25,802 nucleotides of DNA, taken from positions 1 to 25,802 of the IMG/VR virus record IMGVR_UViG_3300001460_000174. The stretch is one strand, 5' to 3'. Shown here one piece after another: positions 1 through 9,440 of this stretch (position 1 is its first letter; each line of letters opens with the position of its first letter). Both the position numbers and the translations under genes were made by a program. The DNA comes from a virus (lineage: Duplodnaviria; Caudoviricetes). The notes under the pieces are model-generated. The model worked only from the letters and a program-made list of their open reading frames with translations. It was not told the origin of the DNA and made no database searches.

Positions 1-590
1 GTAGTGGAAAAACATTACTTGCATGTAATGTTGCCCTAGATGGTCTGTTACGAAGACAATATGATAAAATTATAATAACCAGACCTACTGTATCAAAAGA
101 AGAAATAGGATTTTTACCTGGCGACTTAAGAGAAAAAATGGATCCTTGGGTTCAGCCTATTTATCAAAATTTCTTTGCTTTACATGATAAATCCAAAATT
201 GAAAAATTAGTTAATGATGGTAAAATAGAAATTGTGCCCGTATCATTTATGAGAGGTAGAACATTTATGGATTCAATGATTATAGTAGATGAAGCACAAA
301 ATGTAACTCACGAACAAATGGAAATGATTACTTCACGTATAGGTTTAAGAAGCAAAATGATGATATGTGGTGATGCTCACCAAACAGATTTAAAAAAGAA
401 AGCAGATTCTGGTTTTAAATTTTTATATACAGCAGCAAGAAAAATTAAAAATTTAGAAGCAATTACTTTAATTTCTAACCATAGAAATGAAATTGTTGAA
501 GATTTATTAAACTATTATAATGAAGCTGTTGATAAAGGAGCAAGTATTACCGTTTCTGGTTCATATATTTATAATAATAAAAACCAATAA
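1..590 (+). CDS. phoH: PhoH-family ATPase, 5'-truncated by the window edge (the ORF-track start at 138 is internal)
   Basis: The frame is open from position 3: SGKTLLA (Walker A), TRPTV..IGFLPGDLREKMDPW, FMRGRTF, IIVDEAQN, CGDAHQTD, HRNEIV. These are the canonical PhoH motifs. Confidence 0.95.
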   Translation, partial: SGKTLLACNVALDGLLRRQYDKIIITRPTVSKEEIGFLPGDLREKMDPWVQPIYQNFFALHDKSKIEKLVNDGKIEIVPVSFMRGRTFMDSMIIVDEAQNVTHEQMEMITSRIGLRSKMMICGDAHQTDLKKKADSGFKFLYTAARKIKNLEAITLISNHRNEIVEDLLNYYNEAVDKGASITVSGSYIYNNKNQ

Positions 591-591
591 C

Positions 592-606
592 ATATTTATA
601 ATAAAA
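592..606 (+). promoter_or_regulatory. Putative late promoter ATATTTATAATAAAA (a second, near-tandem copy lies at 565-579 inside the end of phoH)
   Basis: Motif recurs immediately upstream of structural gene starts throughout the window. Confidence 0.7.
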
Positions 607-613
607 TTATAAA

Positions 614-1156
614 ATGGCAAAATGTGTAACTAGTGGGTCTTTAAAAGTACTCATCCAAGAAAGTATAACCTTACCTAATAAAAACGAAGAAGTTTGTATT
701 AATGAAGTTATAATTCCAGGTATTGCTCAAACAGTAAGAAGAGTAGATACCATATCTACTACATTTAGTGGAAGTGGAATTGAGATTTTAAGATTTGTTG
801 ACTCAGAAGAACAACAAGTAGCTGGTTCATTTGTTAGAGATACAGTTAAATATATGAGATTTACTAATTTATGTACATCCCACTATTTATCTTTATACTT
901 AATCCAAGATAGTCCCGATGCCCAAAATCCAAACACAACTAATGTAGGTTCTGGTGATGATGGTCTATTTAAATTAGACCCAGGTAAATCAATGGTATTT
1001 TCTAATGGGCAATTTGATAGTAATAATTATTATGATTATGTAGTAGAAGGATATGTTGATGAACAATACTTTGCGGGTTTTGCTTCATTAACTTCAATAA
1101 AAGCAAAAGCAGATACTAAAGATATTCAAATGGAATATTTTGTAGCTTCTTCTTAA
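614..1156 (+). CDS. Hypothetical protein, probably virion-associated
   Basis: 180-aa ORF with an A-rich leader, preceded by the late-type motif and located upstream of the neck genes. No family recognised. Confidence 0.6.
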   Translation: MAKCVTSGSLKVLIQESITLPNKNEEVCINEVIIPGIAQTVRRVDTISTTFSGSGIEILRFVDSEEQQVAGSFVRDTVKYMRFTNLCTSHYLSLYLIQDSPDAQNPNTTNVGSGDDGLFKLDPGKSMVFSNGQFDSNNYYDYVVEGYVDEQYFAGFASLTSIKAKADTKDIQMEYFVASS

Positions 1157-1170
1157 TATTTATAACAAAA
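1156..1170 (+). promoter_or_regulatory. Putative late promoter ATATTTATAACAAAA
   Basis: Exact match to the recurring motif, upstream of the ATG at 1187. Confidence 0.7.
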
Positions 1171-1186
1171 TTAAATTTAATAAAAA

Positions 1187-1507
1187 ATGGCATTAATTTA
1201 CAGATCAGAAAAAGGTTCAGCATTAACTATAACAGAACTTGATGATAATTTTAGATACTTTACAGGTTCTCATAGTATAACAGGATCATTAGATATAAAT
1301 GGTGGTTTAATAGTAACTGGGTCAATTAATTTAGTTGATGGAGGATCCATAACCGGAGAAGGTGCAAATCTTACAGGTTCTTTTTCAGGATCATTTTCTG
1401 GATCAATAGATGGAGCTGAATTATTTGTAGGCAATTTACCATCAGTGGATCCAGGTGTTGTTGGTCAACTTTACAATGACAGTGGAACAATAAAAATATC
1501 TTTATAA
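1187..1507 (+). CDS. Small fibre/whisker-like virion protein with TGS/SGS repeats
   Basis: N-terminal RxxKGSALTxxELDxNF resembles phage fibre anchor segments. The centre has xTGS/xSGS repeats, and the C-terminus is LPSVDPGVVGQLYNDSGTIKIS. It sits just before the gp13-like gene, where T4 has wac. Confidence 0.55.
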   Translation: MALIYRSEKGSALTITELDDNFRYFTGSHSITGSLDINGGLIVTGSINLVDGGSITGEGANLTGSFSGSFSGSIDGAELFVGNLPSVDPGVVGQLYNDSGTIKISL

Positions 1508-1534
1508 ATTTACCAATTTTTAAAATAAAAAATT

Positions 1535-1560
1535 AGACCTCAATTTGAGGTCTTTTTTTT
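1535..1560 (+). terminator. Rho-independent terminator
   Basis: AGACCTCA-ATT-TGAGGTCT perfect inverted repeat followed by a T run to 1560. Confidence 0.85.
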
Positions 1561-1561
1561 C

Positions 1562-1576
1562 ATATTTATAACAAAA
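1562..1576 (+). promoter_or_regulatory. Putative late promoter ATATTTATAACAAAA
   Basis: Exact motif directly after a terminator and upstream of the neck gene ATG at 1585, so a new promoter is required here. Confidence 0.75.
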
Positions 1577-1584
1577 TATAAATT

Positions 1585-2757
1585 ATGAATGTACCTATTT
1601 GGCCTGGTTCAAGTTCATTCGCACCTGGAGAAACACCTTTTGGCTTTTATGATAACGATCCTGAATTTAGAAGGGACGCAGACAAAGTATCTGTTTTTTG
1701 TGCTAATAGAATGGGATACCCCTTAGTTGATATTGAATTACAATCTGGATCCTTTTATACTGCATTTGAAGAAGCAGTAACTATTTATGGTAATGAAATT
1801 TGGGCGTATATAATTAGAGATAACTTTTTAGATTTAGAAGGTCTTTCTATATTTGAAGAATTAAACGAAACTATTATTACTCCTAGTATGAAAACAATAG
1901 TTCGATTAACTCAACAATATGCTGATGAAGCAGGAGTAGGAGGTACAATTCCTTGGTATTCTGGTTCATTTGATCTTGTTGATGGTGAACAAAATTATAG
2001 TTTTGAAACTTTTATGACAGCTAGTGGATTTACAGGATCTGCGTACTCAGAAGGAATTGAAGTAAAAAGAGTATTTTGGCAACGTCCTGTTCCTGCATCA
2101 GCACAATATTTAGACCCTTACACAGGATTTGGGTTTGGTGGTGCAATAGCAGCTGGACTAGTAGGTGTTGGTGGATTTGGGGGTGATATGGGATATATGA
2201 TGATGCCTCTTAGTTATGATATGCAAGTAATCCAATCAATTGAAATGAACGAAATGGTTAGATGGGCAGATTATAGTTTTGAAATACATGCTAATGACTT
2301 AAAAGTATTTCCAATCCCACGAAGAAGTGATGTTGGAGGTCAAGGATTAGGTAAAATTTGGTTTCAATATATTTTTGAAAAAGATAGAGGAACAATAAAA
2401 TGTGCTGATGGACAAATTAACAATGTTAGTAATGCTAATTTTAAAAACCCCAAATACTCATTAATTAATTCAATTGGTAGACAATGGATATTTGAAATGA
2501 CATTAGCAATTTGTAAAGAAATGCTAGGGTATGTTAGAGGTAAATATTCAAGTATTCCAATCCCTAACGCAGAAGTAAACCTTAACCAAGGTGATCTGAT
2601 ATCTGCAGCGACAGCTGAAAAAACAGCTTTATTAGAAAGACTAAGAGCATATTTAGATGAAACATCTAGAGCTGCTTTATTAAATAGAAAAGCTCAGGAA
2701 GCTGAATCTAAAATGGTTGAGTTACAACAAGTCCCTTGGACAATATTTATAGGATAA
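1585..2757 (+). CDS. Neck protein / head-tail adaptor, T4 gp13-like
   Basis: C-terminal QWIFEMTLAICKEMLGYVRGKYSSIPIPNAEVNLNQGDL resembles the gp13 W..Y..AL.K...G..R.K....PG.V.+NG segment. N-terminal MGYPLVDIEL and the synteny also fit. Confidence 0.75.
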   Translation: MNVPIWPGSSSFAPGETPFGFYDNDPEFRRDADKVSVFCANRMGYPLVDIELQSGSFYTAFEEAVTIYGNEIWAYIIRDNFLDLEGLSIFEELNETIITPSMKTIVRLTQQYADEAGVGGTIPWYSGSFDLVDGEQNYSFETFMTASGFTGSAYSEGIEVKRVFWQRPVPASAQYLDPYTGFGFGGAIAAGLVGVGGFGGDMGYMMMPLSYDMQVIQSIEMNEMVRWADYSFEIHANDLKVFPIPRRSDVGGQGLGKIWFQYIFEKDRGTIKCADGQINNVSNANFKNPKYSLINSIGRQWIFEMTLAICKEMLGYVRGKYSSIPIPNAEVNLNQGDLISAATAEKTALLERLRAYLDETSRAALLNRKAQEAESKMVELQQVPWTIFIG

Positions 2758-2758
2758 T

Positions 2759-3289
2759 ATGGCAATGTTTACAGGACAAAGAGATGTCTCTTTGATAAGA
2801 AAATTAAATAGAGAACTGATGGGTAATATCATTACCCAACAGTGTGCTTTATATCAATTTAAATTAGAAGAAACTAAAGTAAATATCTATGGAGAAGCAG
2901 CTGAAGCTAAATTTTATAATGGTCCATTTCTTTTTAATGTGTTAATAAATAGATCAAATGAAGAATATGCAGAAAATGAAGAAGGAATTCAATTTGGCCA
3001 ACCTATAGATTTTTATTTTTTTAGAGATGATTTAGTTGATGCTGATGTAGTCCCAGAAGTTGGAGATATTATACTTTATCAAGAAGGATACTACGGTGTA
3101 CAAAGTACAGTAGCAAATCAATATTTTGGAGGTAAAAACCCTGATTATCCTAATAACGATTCAACTGGCGATCCAAATCCACTTAATCCAAATCTTGATC
3201 AATTTGGTAGTAATTTATCAATATTAGTTTCTACGTATTATATCCCAGCGGATAAAGTAGCAATCTCACCATATATAGAAAGAATGTAA
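2759..3289 (+). CDS. Head closure / neck protein, T4 gp14-like
   Basis: Lies between the gp13-like and gp15-like genes. NIYGE and PEVGDIILY motifs are typical of the family. Confidence 0.65.
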   Translation: MAMFTGQRDVSLIRKLNRELMGNIITQQCALYQFKLEETKVNIYGEAAEAKFYNGPFLFNVLINRSNEEYAENEEGIQFGQPIDFYFFRDDLVDADVVPEVGDIILYQEGYYGVQSTVANQYFGGKNPDYPNNDSTGDPNPLNPNLDQFGSNLSILVSTYYIPADKVAISPYIERM

Positions 3290-4230
3290 TGAGTAAAATT
3301 AGAAAACCAATTCCAAAAACACAAAGGCAACTAAGTATTGAGCAACAAAAAGCTACTGATACTAGAAGAGGTAATCCTAATTCTACTGTAAATTCAAACG
3401 AATCACAAACGGGTATACCTTTTAATAGATCAACTAAATTAAGTTTTAAAGATGATTCAGTAAAACCATTTTCTATTGGTATTCAAGATTTAGATGAAGC
3501 AGTATTTTATTACTTTAAAAATGTAATTAAACCTTTTGTATACCAAAATGGAGAAAGAAGAAATGTACCTATAATATATGGAGCCCCAGAAAGATGGAAA
3601 TCATTCCAAAGAGATGGATATTATAGAGATAAAAAAGGTGCTATAATGTTACCTATTATTGTTTTAAAAAGAGATACTATATCAAAAGATAGATCTGTTT
3701 ACAATAAATTAGATGCTAATGGAGTTAATTTATATGGATCATTTCAAAAGAAATATAGTCCTGATAATTTTTATAACAATTTTTCAGTTTTAAATAATAA
3801 AAAACCTGTAAAAGAACATTATGCAGTTGCAGTCCCAGATTTTGTAACTTTAGAATATAGTGTACTTATACAAACTTATTATATGGAACAATTAAATAAA
3901 ATAATTGAAGCATGTGAATATGCATCTGATGCTTATTGGGGTAACCCTGAAAGGTTTAAATTTAGAGCCTTTATAGATTCATTTAATACAAAAACAGAAT
4001 TAACAACCGGTAGAGATAGATTAGTATTAGGCACATTTAATATACAATTAAGAGGTTATATTATTCCTGATACTATTCAAAAAGAAATGCATTCGATTAA
4101 TAAATTTAATAGCAAATCTAAAGTTACAATTAATTTTGAAACAACAAGTAATAGTGATAATTTTAAACCTGGAGTTCAATCAGTTCCAGCAAATAGAGAA
4201 TATCCTAATGGTCAAACTAGGCAAGAATAG
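3289..4230 (+). CDS. Tail terminator / sheath stabiliser, T4 gp15-like
   Basis: VPIIYGAPERW and IMLPII, then VPDFVTLEYSV..QT.YMEQLNKIIE. TAATG stop/start overlap with the previous gene. Confidence 0.7.
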   Translation: MSKIRKPIPKTQRQLSIEQQKATDTRRGNPNSTVNSNESQTGIPFNRSTKLSFKDDSVKPFSIGIQDLDEAVFYYFKNVIKPFVYQNGERRNVPIIYGAPERWKSFQRDGYYRDKKGAIMLPIIVLKRDTISKDRSVYNKLDANGVNLYGSFQKKYSPDNFYNNFSVLNNKKPVKEHYAVAVPDFVTLEYSVLIQTYYMEQLNKIIEACEYASDAYWGNPERFKFRAFIDSFNTKTELTTGRDRLVLGTFNIQLRGYIIPDTIQKEMHSINKFNSKSKVTINFETTSNSDNFKPGVQSVPANREYPNGQTRQE

Positions 4231-4262
4231 TTTGGATACCTAATAATAGTTACGTACATTAT
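4231..4262 (+). promoter_or_regulatory. Putative host-sigma (Bacteroidota -33/-7 type) promoter for the enzyme cassette
   Basis: TTTG(4231-4234)-N20-TACATT(4255-4260), compared with the Bacteroidota consensus TTTG-N19-21-TAnnTTTG. Confidence 0.55.
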
Positions 4263-4285
4263 GGTTACATTTAAAATAACGTTAT

Positions 4286-4798
4286 ATGATATATTGGTTT
4301 ACGGGTCAACCCTGTTCAGGAAAGACCGTTTTAGCAAACATGCTTAAAGAAAAATATCTCCCTCATGCCTACCGCATAGATGGAGATGAAATGAGAGAAT
4401 TATTTACAAATAAAGATTATTCTATAAAAGGTAGAATAACTAATGTAGATGCTGCTCAAAAAATTGCTCATTATTTACACAACCAAGGTAAAGATGTAAT
4501 CGTATCTTTAGTTTCTCCTTATTTAGATCAAAGAGAAGAATTTAAGGATATAATGAAGTGGCAATTACATGAAATTTTTGTACATTATGATGTAGAAAAA
4601 GGATTTAGAGGTAGAGAAAATTACCATGTTATGCAGTTCCAAAAACCAGACTTAGATTATATTAATATTGACACTACAAATCAAACACCAGAAGAATCAT
4701 TAAAGATAATAGCCAAAAAGACTGGTTTAGATGTAGTATATCCTAAAGGATCATTATTAAATGAATTACCACCTTCGGATTATCAATTAGATAACTAA
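4286..4798 (+). CDS. cysC: Adenylyl-sulfate (APS) kinase-like protein
   Basis: WFTGQPCSGKT P-loop, IDGDEMR, VSLVSPY..R, EIFV. The usual RDPKGLY lid motif is diverged. Confidence 0.8.
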   Translation: MIYWFTGQPCSGKTVLANMLKEKYLPHAYRIDGDEMRELFTNKDYSIKGRITNVDAAQKIAHYLHNQGKDVIVSLVSPYLDQREEFKDIMKWQLHEIFVHYDVEKGFRGRENYHVMQFQKPDLDYINIDTTNQTPEESLKIIAKKTGLDVVYPKGSLLNELPPSDYQLDN

Positions 4799-4799
4799 T

Positions 4800-5138
4800 A
4801 TGGAGAAAAAAAATACATACTTTTGTGATATAGATGGTACTATATTTAAATATCGCAAATTTGAAACATACGAAACTACAAAAGCTGAAGGAATAGAATC
4901 TACTATAGATTACCTAGATAAAGCATCAGTTGAAGGACATATGATAATTTTAACTACAGCACGCCCTGAATACCTTAGGATGCATACTGAAATAGAATTA
5001 TATGAAAATGAAGTACCATATCATAGATTAATTATGGGGATTGAAAGAGGACCTAGATATTTAATTAATGATATGGACCCAAATAAACCAGAAAAAAGAG
5101 CAATAGCAATAAACTTAATAAGAGATAATGGAATTTAA
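4800..5138 (+). CDS. Small capless HAD-superfamily phosphatase
   Basis: FCDIDGT (motif I DxD), LTTAR (motif II), INDMD (motif IV). Confidence 0.8.
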   Translation: MEKKNTYFCDIDGTIFKYRKFETYETTKAEGIESTIDYLDKASVEGHMIILTTARPEYLRMHTEIELYENEVPYHRLIMGIERGPRYLINDMDPNKPEKRAIAINLIRDNGI

Positions 5139-5526
5139 AGCAAAAGCAGACAAAGAGTCTTCATCATCAGAAGTAAAGTATTCATTTTTTGCTGGTAGAT
5201 GGCAACCTTTACATAAAGGGCATTTATGGTTAATTAATGAAAGATTAAAACAAGGATATAATGTTTGGTTAGGAATTAGAGATGTAAAACCGGATAAAAA
5301 GAATCCTTGGACAGCACAACAAATTTTAGAAATGGTAAAAGAAGGTGAGTTAAAAGAACTTATTAAAGAAGGTAAAGTATTACCAACTATTATACCTGAT
5401 ATAGAATCGATTAATTATGGTAGAGGAGTTGGATATGATATTATTGAACACGTTCCACCATCTGAAATAGGAGAAATATCAGCTACTTCTATAAGAAAAC
5501 AAATGAAAAAAGATGGTAAGTTATAA
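5128..5526 (+). CDS. Cytidylyltransferase-like (HIGH-motif) nucleotidyltransferase
   Basis: FAGRWQPLHKGH (HxGH) and C-terminal ISATSIR, which are NadM/Sat-like superfamily motifs. Confidence 0.8.
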   Translation: MEFKAKADKESSSSEVKYSFFAGRWQPLHKGHLWLINERLKQGYNVWLGIRDVKPDKKNPWTAQQILEMVKEGELKELIKEGKVLPTIIPDIESINYGRGVGYDIIEHVPPSEIGEISATSIRKQMKKDGKL

Positions 5527-5731
5527 AAGACACATTGCAAAAACAGTTTCATGGCGAATAATAGGATCAATAGATACAGTAGTAATTTCAGGACTAATAA
5601 CGGGTTCTTGGGAAGCAGGTTTGGCTATAGGGGGAATAGAAATCATTTCCAAAATGGTGCTATACTTCCTACACGAAAGACTTTGGTATAAATTTAGTAA
5701 ATTTGGGTTAAATGACAAAACAAAAACCTAA
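5513..5731 (+). CDS. DUF2061-like small membrane protein
   Basis: RHIAKTVSWRIIG..DT..ITG....A..IGG.E...K..LYFLHERLW pattern with two hydrophobic segments. Confidence 0.75.
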   Translation: MVSYKRHIAKTVSWRIIGSIDTVVISGLITGSWEAGLAIGGIEIISKMVLYFLHERLWYKFSKFGLNDKTKT

Positions 5732-8700
5732 AATTTTTGCACATGGTAGTTACATTGGTACTACTGGTTATGCTAATCACACAAGAGCTTTTTATAGAGA
5801 ATTATCTAACATATATAATTTAAAAGTTAGAAATTTTACTATAGGAGGTTCTTGGGAAGGACATAATGATGAGCCCCATAATGGAGAAGATTATATAGAT
5901 AATTTAGATAAAAAATTATTAGTTGAACAATCTTTATGGGATAATGATGATAAATTAAATCACCACTCATTTTATTCTAATTATCCTAATAATTTTAATC
6001 ACAATATTAATATAGTTCTTAATGAAACAAACCATCATTTCTTTTACCAAGACTACCAGGGTCCTAAAATAGCATATAATGTATGGGAAACTACAAGACA
6101 ACCAGATTATTTTTTTGACCAATTAAAAACATTTGACCAAATTTGGGTTCCTTCTCAATGGCAAAAAGATTGTACTGTAGAACAAGGTATAGAAGAAAAT
6201 AAAGTAAAAGTTGTCCCAGAGGCAGTTGATGGTAATATATTTAAACCTAATAATAAAGTAACTTTACCTGATTATGATGATGGTAGATTTAAATTTGTTA
6301 TATTTGGTAGATGGGATTATAGAAAATCAACTAAAGAATTAATAGAATCTTTTTTAGAAGAATTTGACAAAGATGAACCCGTTGACTTAATAGTATCTAT
6401 TGATAATCCTTATGCTAAAGATAAATTTAAATCTACAGAAAAAAGATTAAAACATTATAAGTTAAATGACCCTAGAGTAAAAGTAAAACACTTTCCTACT
6501 AGAAAAGAATATATAAAATTTTTACAGAAAGGTCATGTATTTTTATCTTGTGCTAGATCTGAAGGTTGGAATTTACCTTTAATTGAAGCAATGGCTTGTG
6601 GTACACCTTCTATATATTCAAATTGTAGTGCACAATTAGAATTTGCTGAGGGACTAGGATTGCCAGTAAGTATTTTATCTACATCTAAAGCTAAAAAAGG
6701 GGAATATAGTAGTTTTTCTCAAGAAATGTTAGAAGGGGAATTTTATGATCCTGATTTTAATAATCTAAAAGAAGTGATGAGAGATGCTTATGAAAATTAC
6801 GAATATCATAAAGAACAATCTATAATAGAGTCTAAAATAATTAGAAAAAAGTTTACTTGGGAAAATGCTGCTAAAATAGCAGGTAAAGAATTAGAAAATT
6901 TATTAAAAAATATCCCACAAAATAAAGTAGAAATAAGTTTTAATTTAGGTCCTAAAGTAGAAGTCCTTGGACACCATAATAACAAATATACAGTTGAATT
7001 TATAAATGGTTCTACTAATGAAATAGTTCATGTAGCTACTATTACTAATAATATGTGGACTCATTGTAGTAAAACATATAATATACCTTGGATAATTAAA
7101 ATTAATGGTGAAGTAGTACATACTTTTAATTTAGAAAATAAAACAGTAAAAATTTCATTTGAATCAAAATCAATAGGAGATACATTAGCTTGGGCCCCAC
7201 AAGTGATAGAATTTAAAAATAAATATAAATGTAATGTTATAGTTAGTACATTTCATAATGAATGGTTTAAAAATCTAAAAGATTATAATGATATCAAATT
7301 TGTACCCCCAGGAGAAACTCCTCCATGTTACGCTCATTTTCAAATTGGTTGGTTTAGAGATGAAAAAGGAGGTTGGAAAAACTTAAATGATCATCCAACC
7401 CAAGTAAACACAATACCATTAATCCAGGCTGCTGCTGATATTTTAAATATTCCTTATAATCCTGTTAACTATGGAATTGATTATAAAATAGGAAAAAGAC
7501 CATTAAAACAAAAATATGTTTGTATTGGACCCCAAGCCACAGCAGGACTAAAAGAATGGCAATATGAAAGTTGGATTAAATTAGCTGATTCTCTAACTAA
7601 AAAGGGTTATAAAGTTATTAGTTTAACACTTAATGGGTTTAAAGGTAAAAATATTATTAATAAGAAAAATTTACCTTGGGATAAATTATTTAATTATATT
7701 CATCATGCAGATTTATTTGTAGGATTAGGTTCAGGATTATCTTGGGTTAATTGGGCTATGGGAAAACATACTTTAATGGTTAATAATTTTGTTCCTTATG
7801 GGTATGATGTGCCTAATAATTTAACTAAAGTAGAAAACCATTCTGTGTGTAATAATTGTTGGGTTAATAAAGATTATATTTTTGATACAGGAGATTGGGA
7901 TTGGTGCCCAGAACATAAGGGAACAAATAAACAACATATTTGTCAAAAATCTTTAACACCAGAAGTTGTAATTAACAAAGCATTAAATTTATTAGATAAT
8001 AAAAATAAAAAAAAATCTTTTATATGGATAACAGGAGGTAATGAAAGTTATCTTCCTATGATAGAAGTTTTAGCTAAAAGTTTACTTAAATATTCAAAAC
8101 ATAAAATTATAGTTTATGGGTTTAATTGTGATTCTAAAATAAATCTTCCTAATGTTATTAATAAAAGAATAGATTATCGTCCAAAACCAAAATCGGAATC
8201 AATTGGAGAACCAAATTTATTTAATAAAGATTACTCAATATTTTTTGCTAAGTATTTAGCTAGTTTAGATTCACTAAAAGAAAATTATGATAATTTTGCT
8301 TGGATTGATGGAGATGCTTTTGCAACAGAAAATATTGATAATTCTTTACAATATCTAGAAAATTTAAAAGATTATCCTTTATTTATGAAATACTTCCACG
8401 AAGATATTAATCAGTGGAGGTATTATAATAATATTAAATTAGAAGGAAATTATGGTAGCGAGTTAGCTTCAATTAAAAATATAACTAGAAATCCAAATAA
8501 AAAATTAATTGCTACTGGTTTTTATTTTTATAATAAAGAAAGTAAACCATTTTTTGATAAATGTTTAAAATGGAATAAAGAATTAAATTTATACAATATT
8601 AAAATTTATGTAGATGATAATGCATTTTCAGAAGAAAGGGTAGCTAACAATATACTTTGGGAAGAAAATAAGACATTAGATTTACCCATTACATGGAATA

Positions 8701-9440
8701 ATTATTATAGTTCAGAGGATGAAATAAAAGTTAATTTACCTTATTTAAAACAAGGTTTTGATGTAATGTATGATACTAATACTTTAGAACCTTACTTTAT
8801 ACATGGTCCTGATCCTTCAGTAACTCCTAAAGGTGCAGATATTTTAAATAAAACTTTTAATGATTATAAATCATCTAAATTAATGATTATTGCTCATCCT
8901 GATGATGAATTAATATTTGGAGGAGAAGAATTAATAAAACATGGTTCTGATTATAAAGTAATTTGTCTTACAAATAAATCAAATAAAATTAGAAGTGAAG
9001 AATTTAAACAAGTAATGGAAAAATTAAATGTAGGTTCTTGGAAAATGTTCGACTATGAAGATACTTTATACCCTACAAAACAATTTGATTTAAAAAATAT
9101 AATTAATTATAAAAATTGGGATAAAATAGTAACTCATAACCCTATTGGTGAATATGGACACCCTCAACACAAATTAATTTTTGATGCTGTTAAAAATGAG
9201 ACTGATGATTTTTATGTATTTGGTAAATCTTCACAAAAAATATCCAAAACATATTTGGAGACTAAAAAATTATTACTTAAATTATATGAATCAGAACAAT
9301 CTATTATAAATCAAATCTTAAATAAAAAAGGTGATTGGTTTAAAGGTAACTCGGATACAAACTATATTGAGTACGAATCAATAACTAAATACAATAAATT
9401 AAAAGACATATCAACTTATATAGCATGTTATGAAAAATAA
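5712..9440 (+). CDS. Multidomain glycosyltransferase: GT4 + AAH/TibC-like (GT9-fold) heptosyltransferase + DxD GT-A-like domain + PIG-L/LmbE deacetylase
   Basis: GT4: TGYANH, WETT, GRWDYRKS, RSEGWNLPLIEAMACG (aa ~1-395). AAH-like: SIGDTLAW, FVGLGSGLSW, CNNCW...WDWCP...HICQK (aa ~400-762). Third domain: WIDGD (aa ~770-1055). Deacetylase: IAHPDDE, THNPIGEYGHPQH (aa ~1057-1242). Confidence 0.8.
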   Translation: MTKQKPKIFAHGSYIGTTGYANHTRAFYRELSNIYNLKVRNFTIGGSWEGHNDEPHNGEDYIDNLDKKLLVEQSLWDNDDKLNHHSFYSNYPNNFNHNINIVLNETNHHFFYQDYQGPKIAYNVWETTRQPDYFFDQLKTFDQIWVPSQWQKDCTVEQGIEENKVKVVPEAVDGNIFKPNNKVTLPDYDDGRFKFVIFGRWDYRKSTKELIESFLEEFDKDEPVDLIVSIDNPYAKDKFKSTEKRLKHYKLNDPRVKVKHFPTRKEYIKFLQKGHVFLSCARSEGWNLPLIEAMACGTPSIYSNCSAQLEFAEGLGLPVSILSTSKAKKGEYSSFSQEMLEGEFYDPDFNNLKEVMRDAYENYEYHKEQSIIESKIIRKKFTWENAAKIAGKELENLLKNIPQNKVEISFNLGPKVEVLGHHNNKYTVEFINGSTNEIVHVATITNNMWTHCSKTYNIPWIIKINGEVVHTFNLENKTVKISFESKSIGDTLAWAPQVIEFKNKYKCNVIVSTFHNEWFKNLKDYNDIKFVPPGETPPCYAHFQIGWFRDEKGGWKNLNDHPTQVNTIPLIQAAADILNIPYNPVNYGIDYKIGKRPLKQKYVCIGPQATAGLKEWQYESWIKLADSLTKKGYKVISLTLNGFKGKNIINKKNLPWDKLFNYIHHADLFVGLGSGLSWVNWAMGKHTLMVNNFVPYGYDVPNNLTKVENHSVCNNCWVNKDYIFDTGDWDWCPEHKGTNKQHICQKSLTPEVVINKALNLLDNKNKKKSFIWITGGNESYLPMIEVLAKSLLKYSKHKIIVYGFNCDSKINLPNVINKRIDYRPKPKSESIGEPNLFNKDYSIFFAKYLASLDSLKENYDNFAWIDGDAFATENIDNSLQYLENLKDYPLFMKYFHEDINQWRYYNNIKLEGNYGSELASIKNITRNPNKKLIATGFYFYNKESKPFFDKCLKWNKELNLYNIKIYVDDNAFSEERVANNILWEENKTLDLPITWNNYYSSEDEIKVNLPYLKQGFDVMYDTNTLEPYFIHGPDPSVTPKGADILNKTFNDYKSSKLMIIAHPDDELIFGGEELIKHGSDYKVICLTNKSNKIRSEEFKQVMEKLNVGSWKMFDYEDTLYPTKQFDLKNIINYKNWDKIVTHNPIGEYGHPQHKLIFDAVKNETDDFYVFGKSSQKISKTYLETKKLLLKLYESEQSIINQILNKKGDWFKGNSDTNYIEYESITKYNKLKDISTYIACYEK

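Noticed and set aside
138-140. ORF-track start of phoH
   Set aside because: The frame is open to the window edge and includes the Walker A motif upstream, so this Met is internal.
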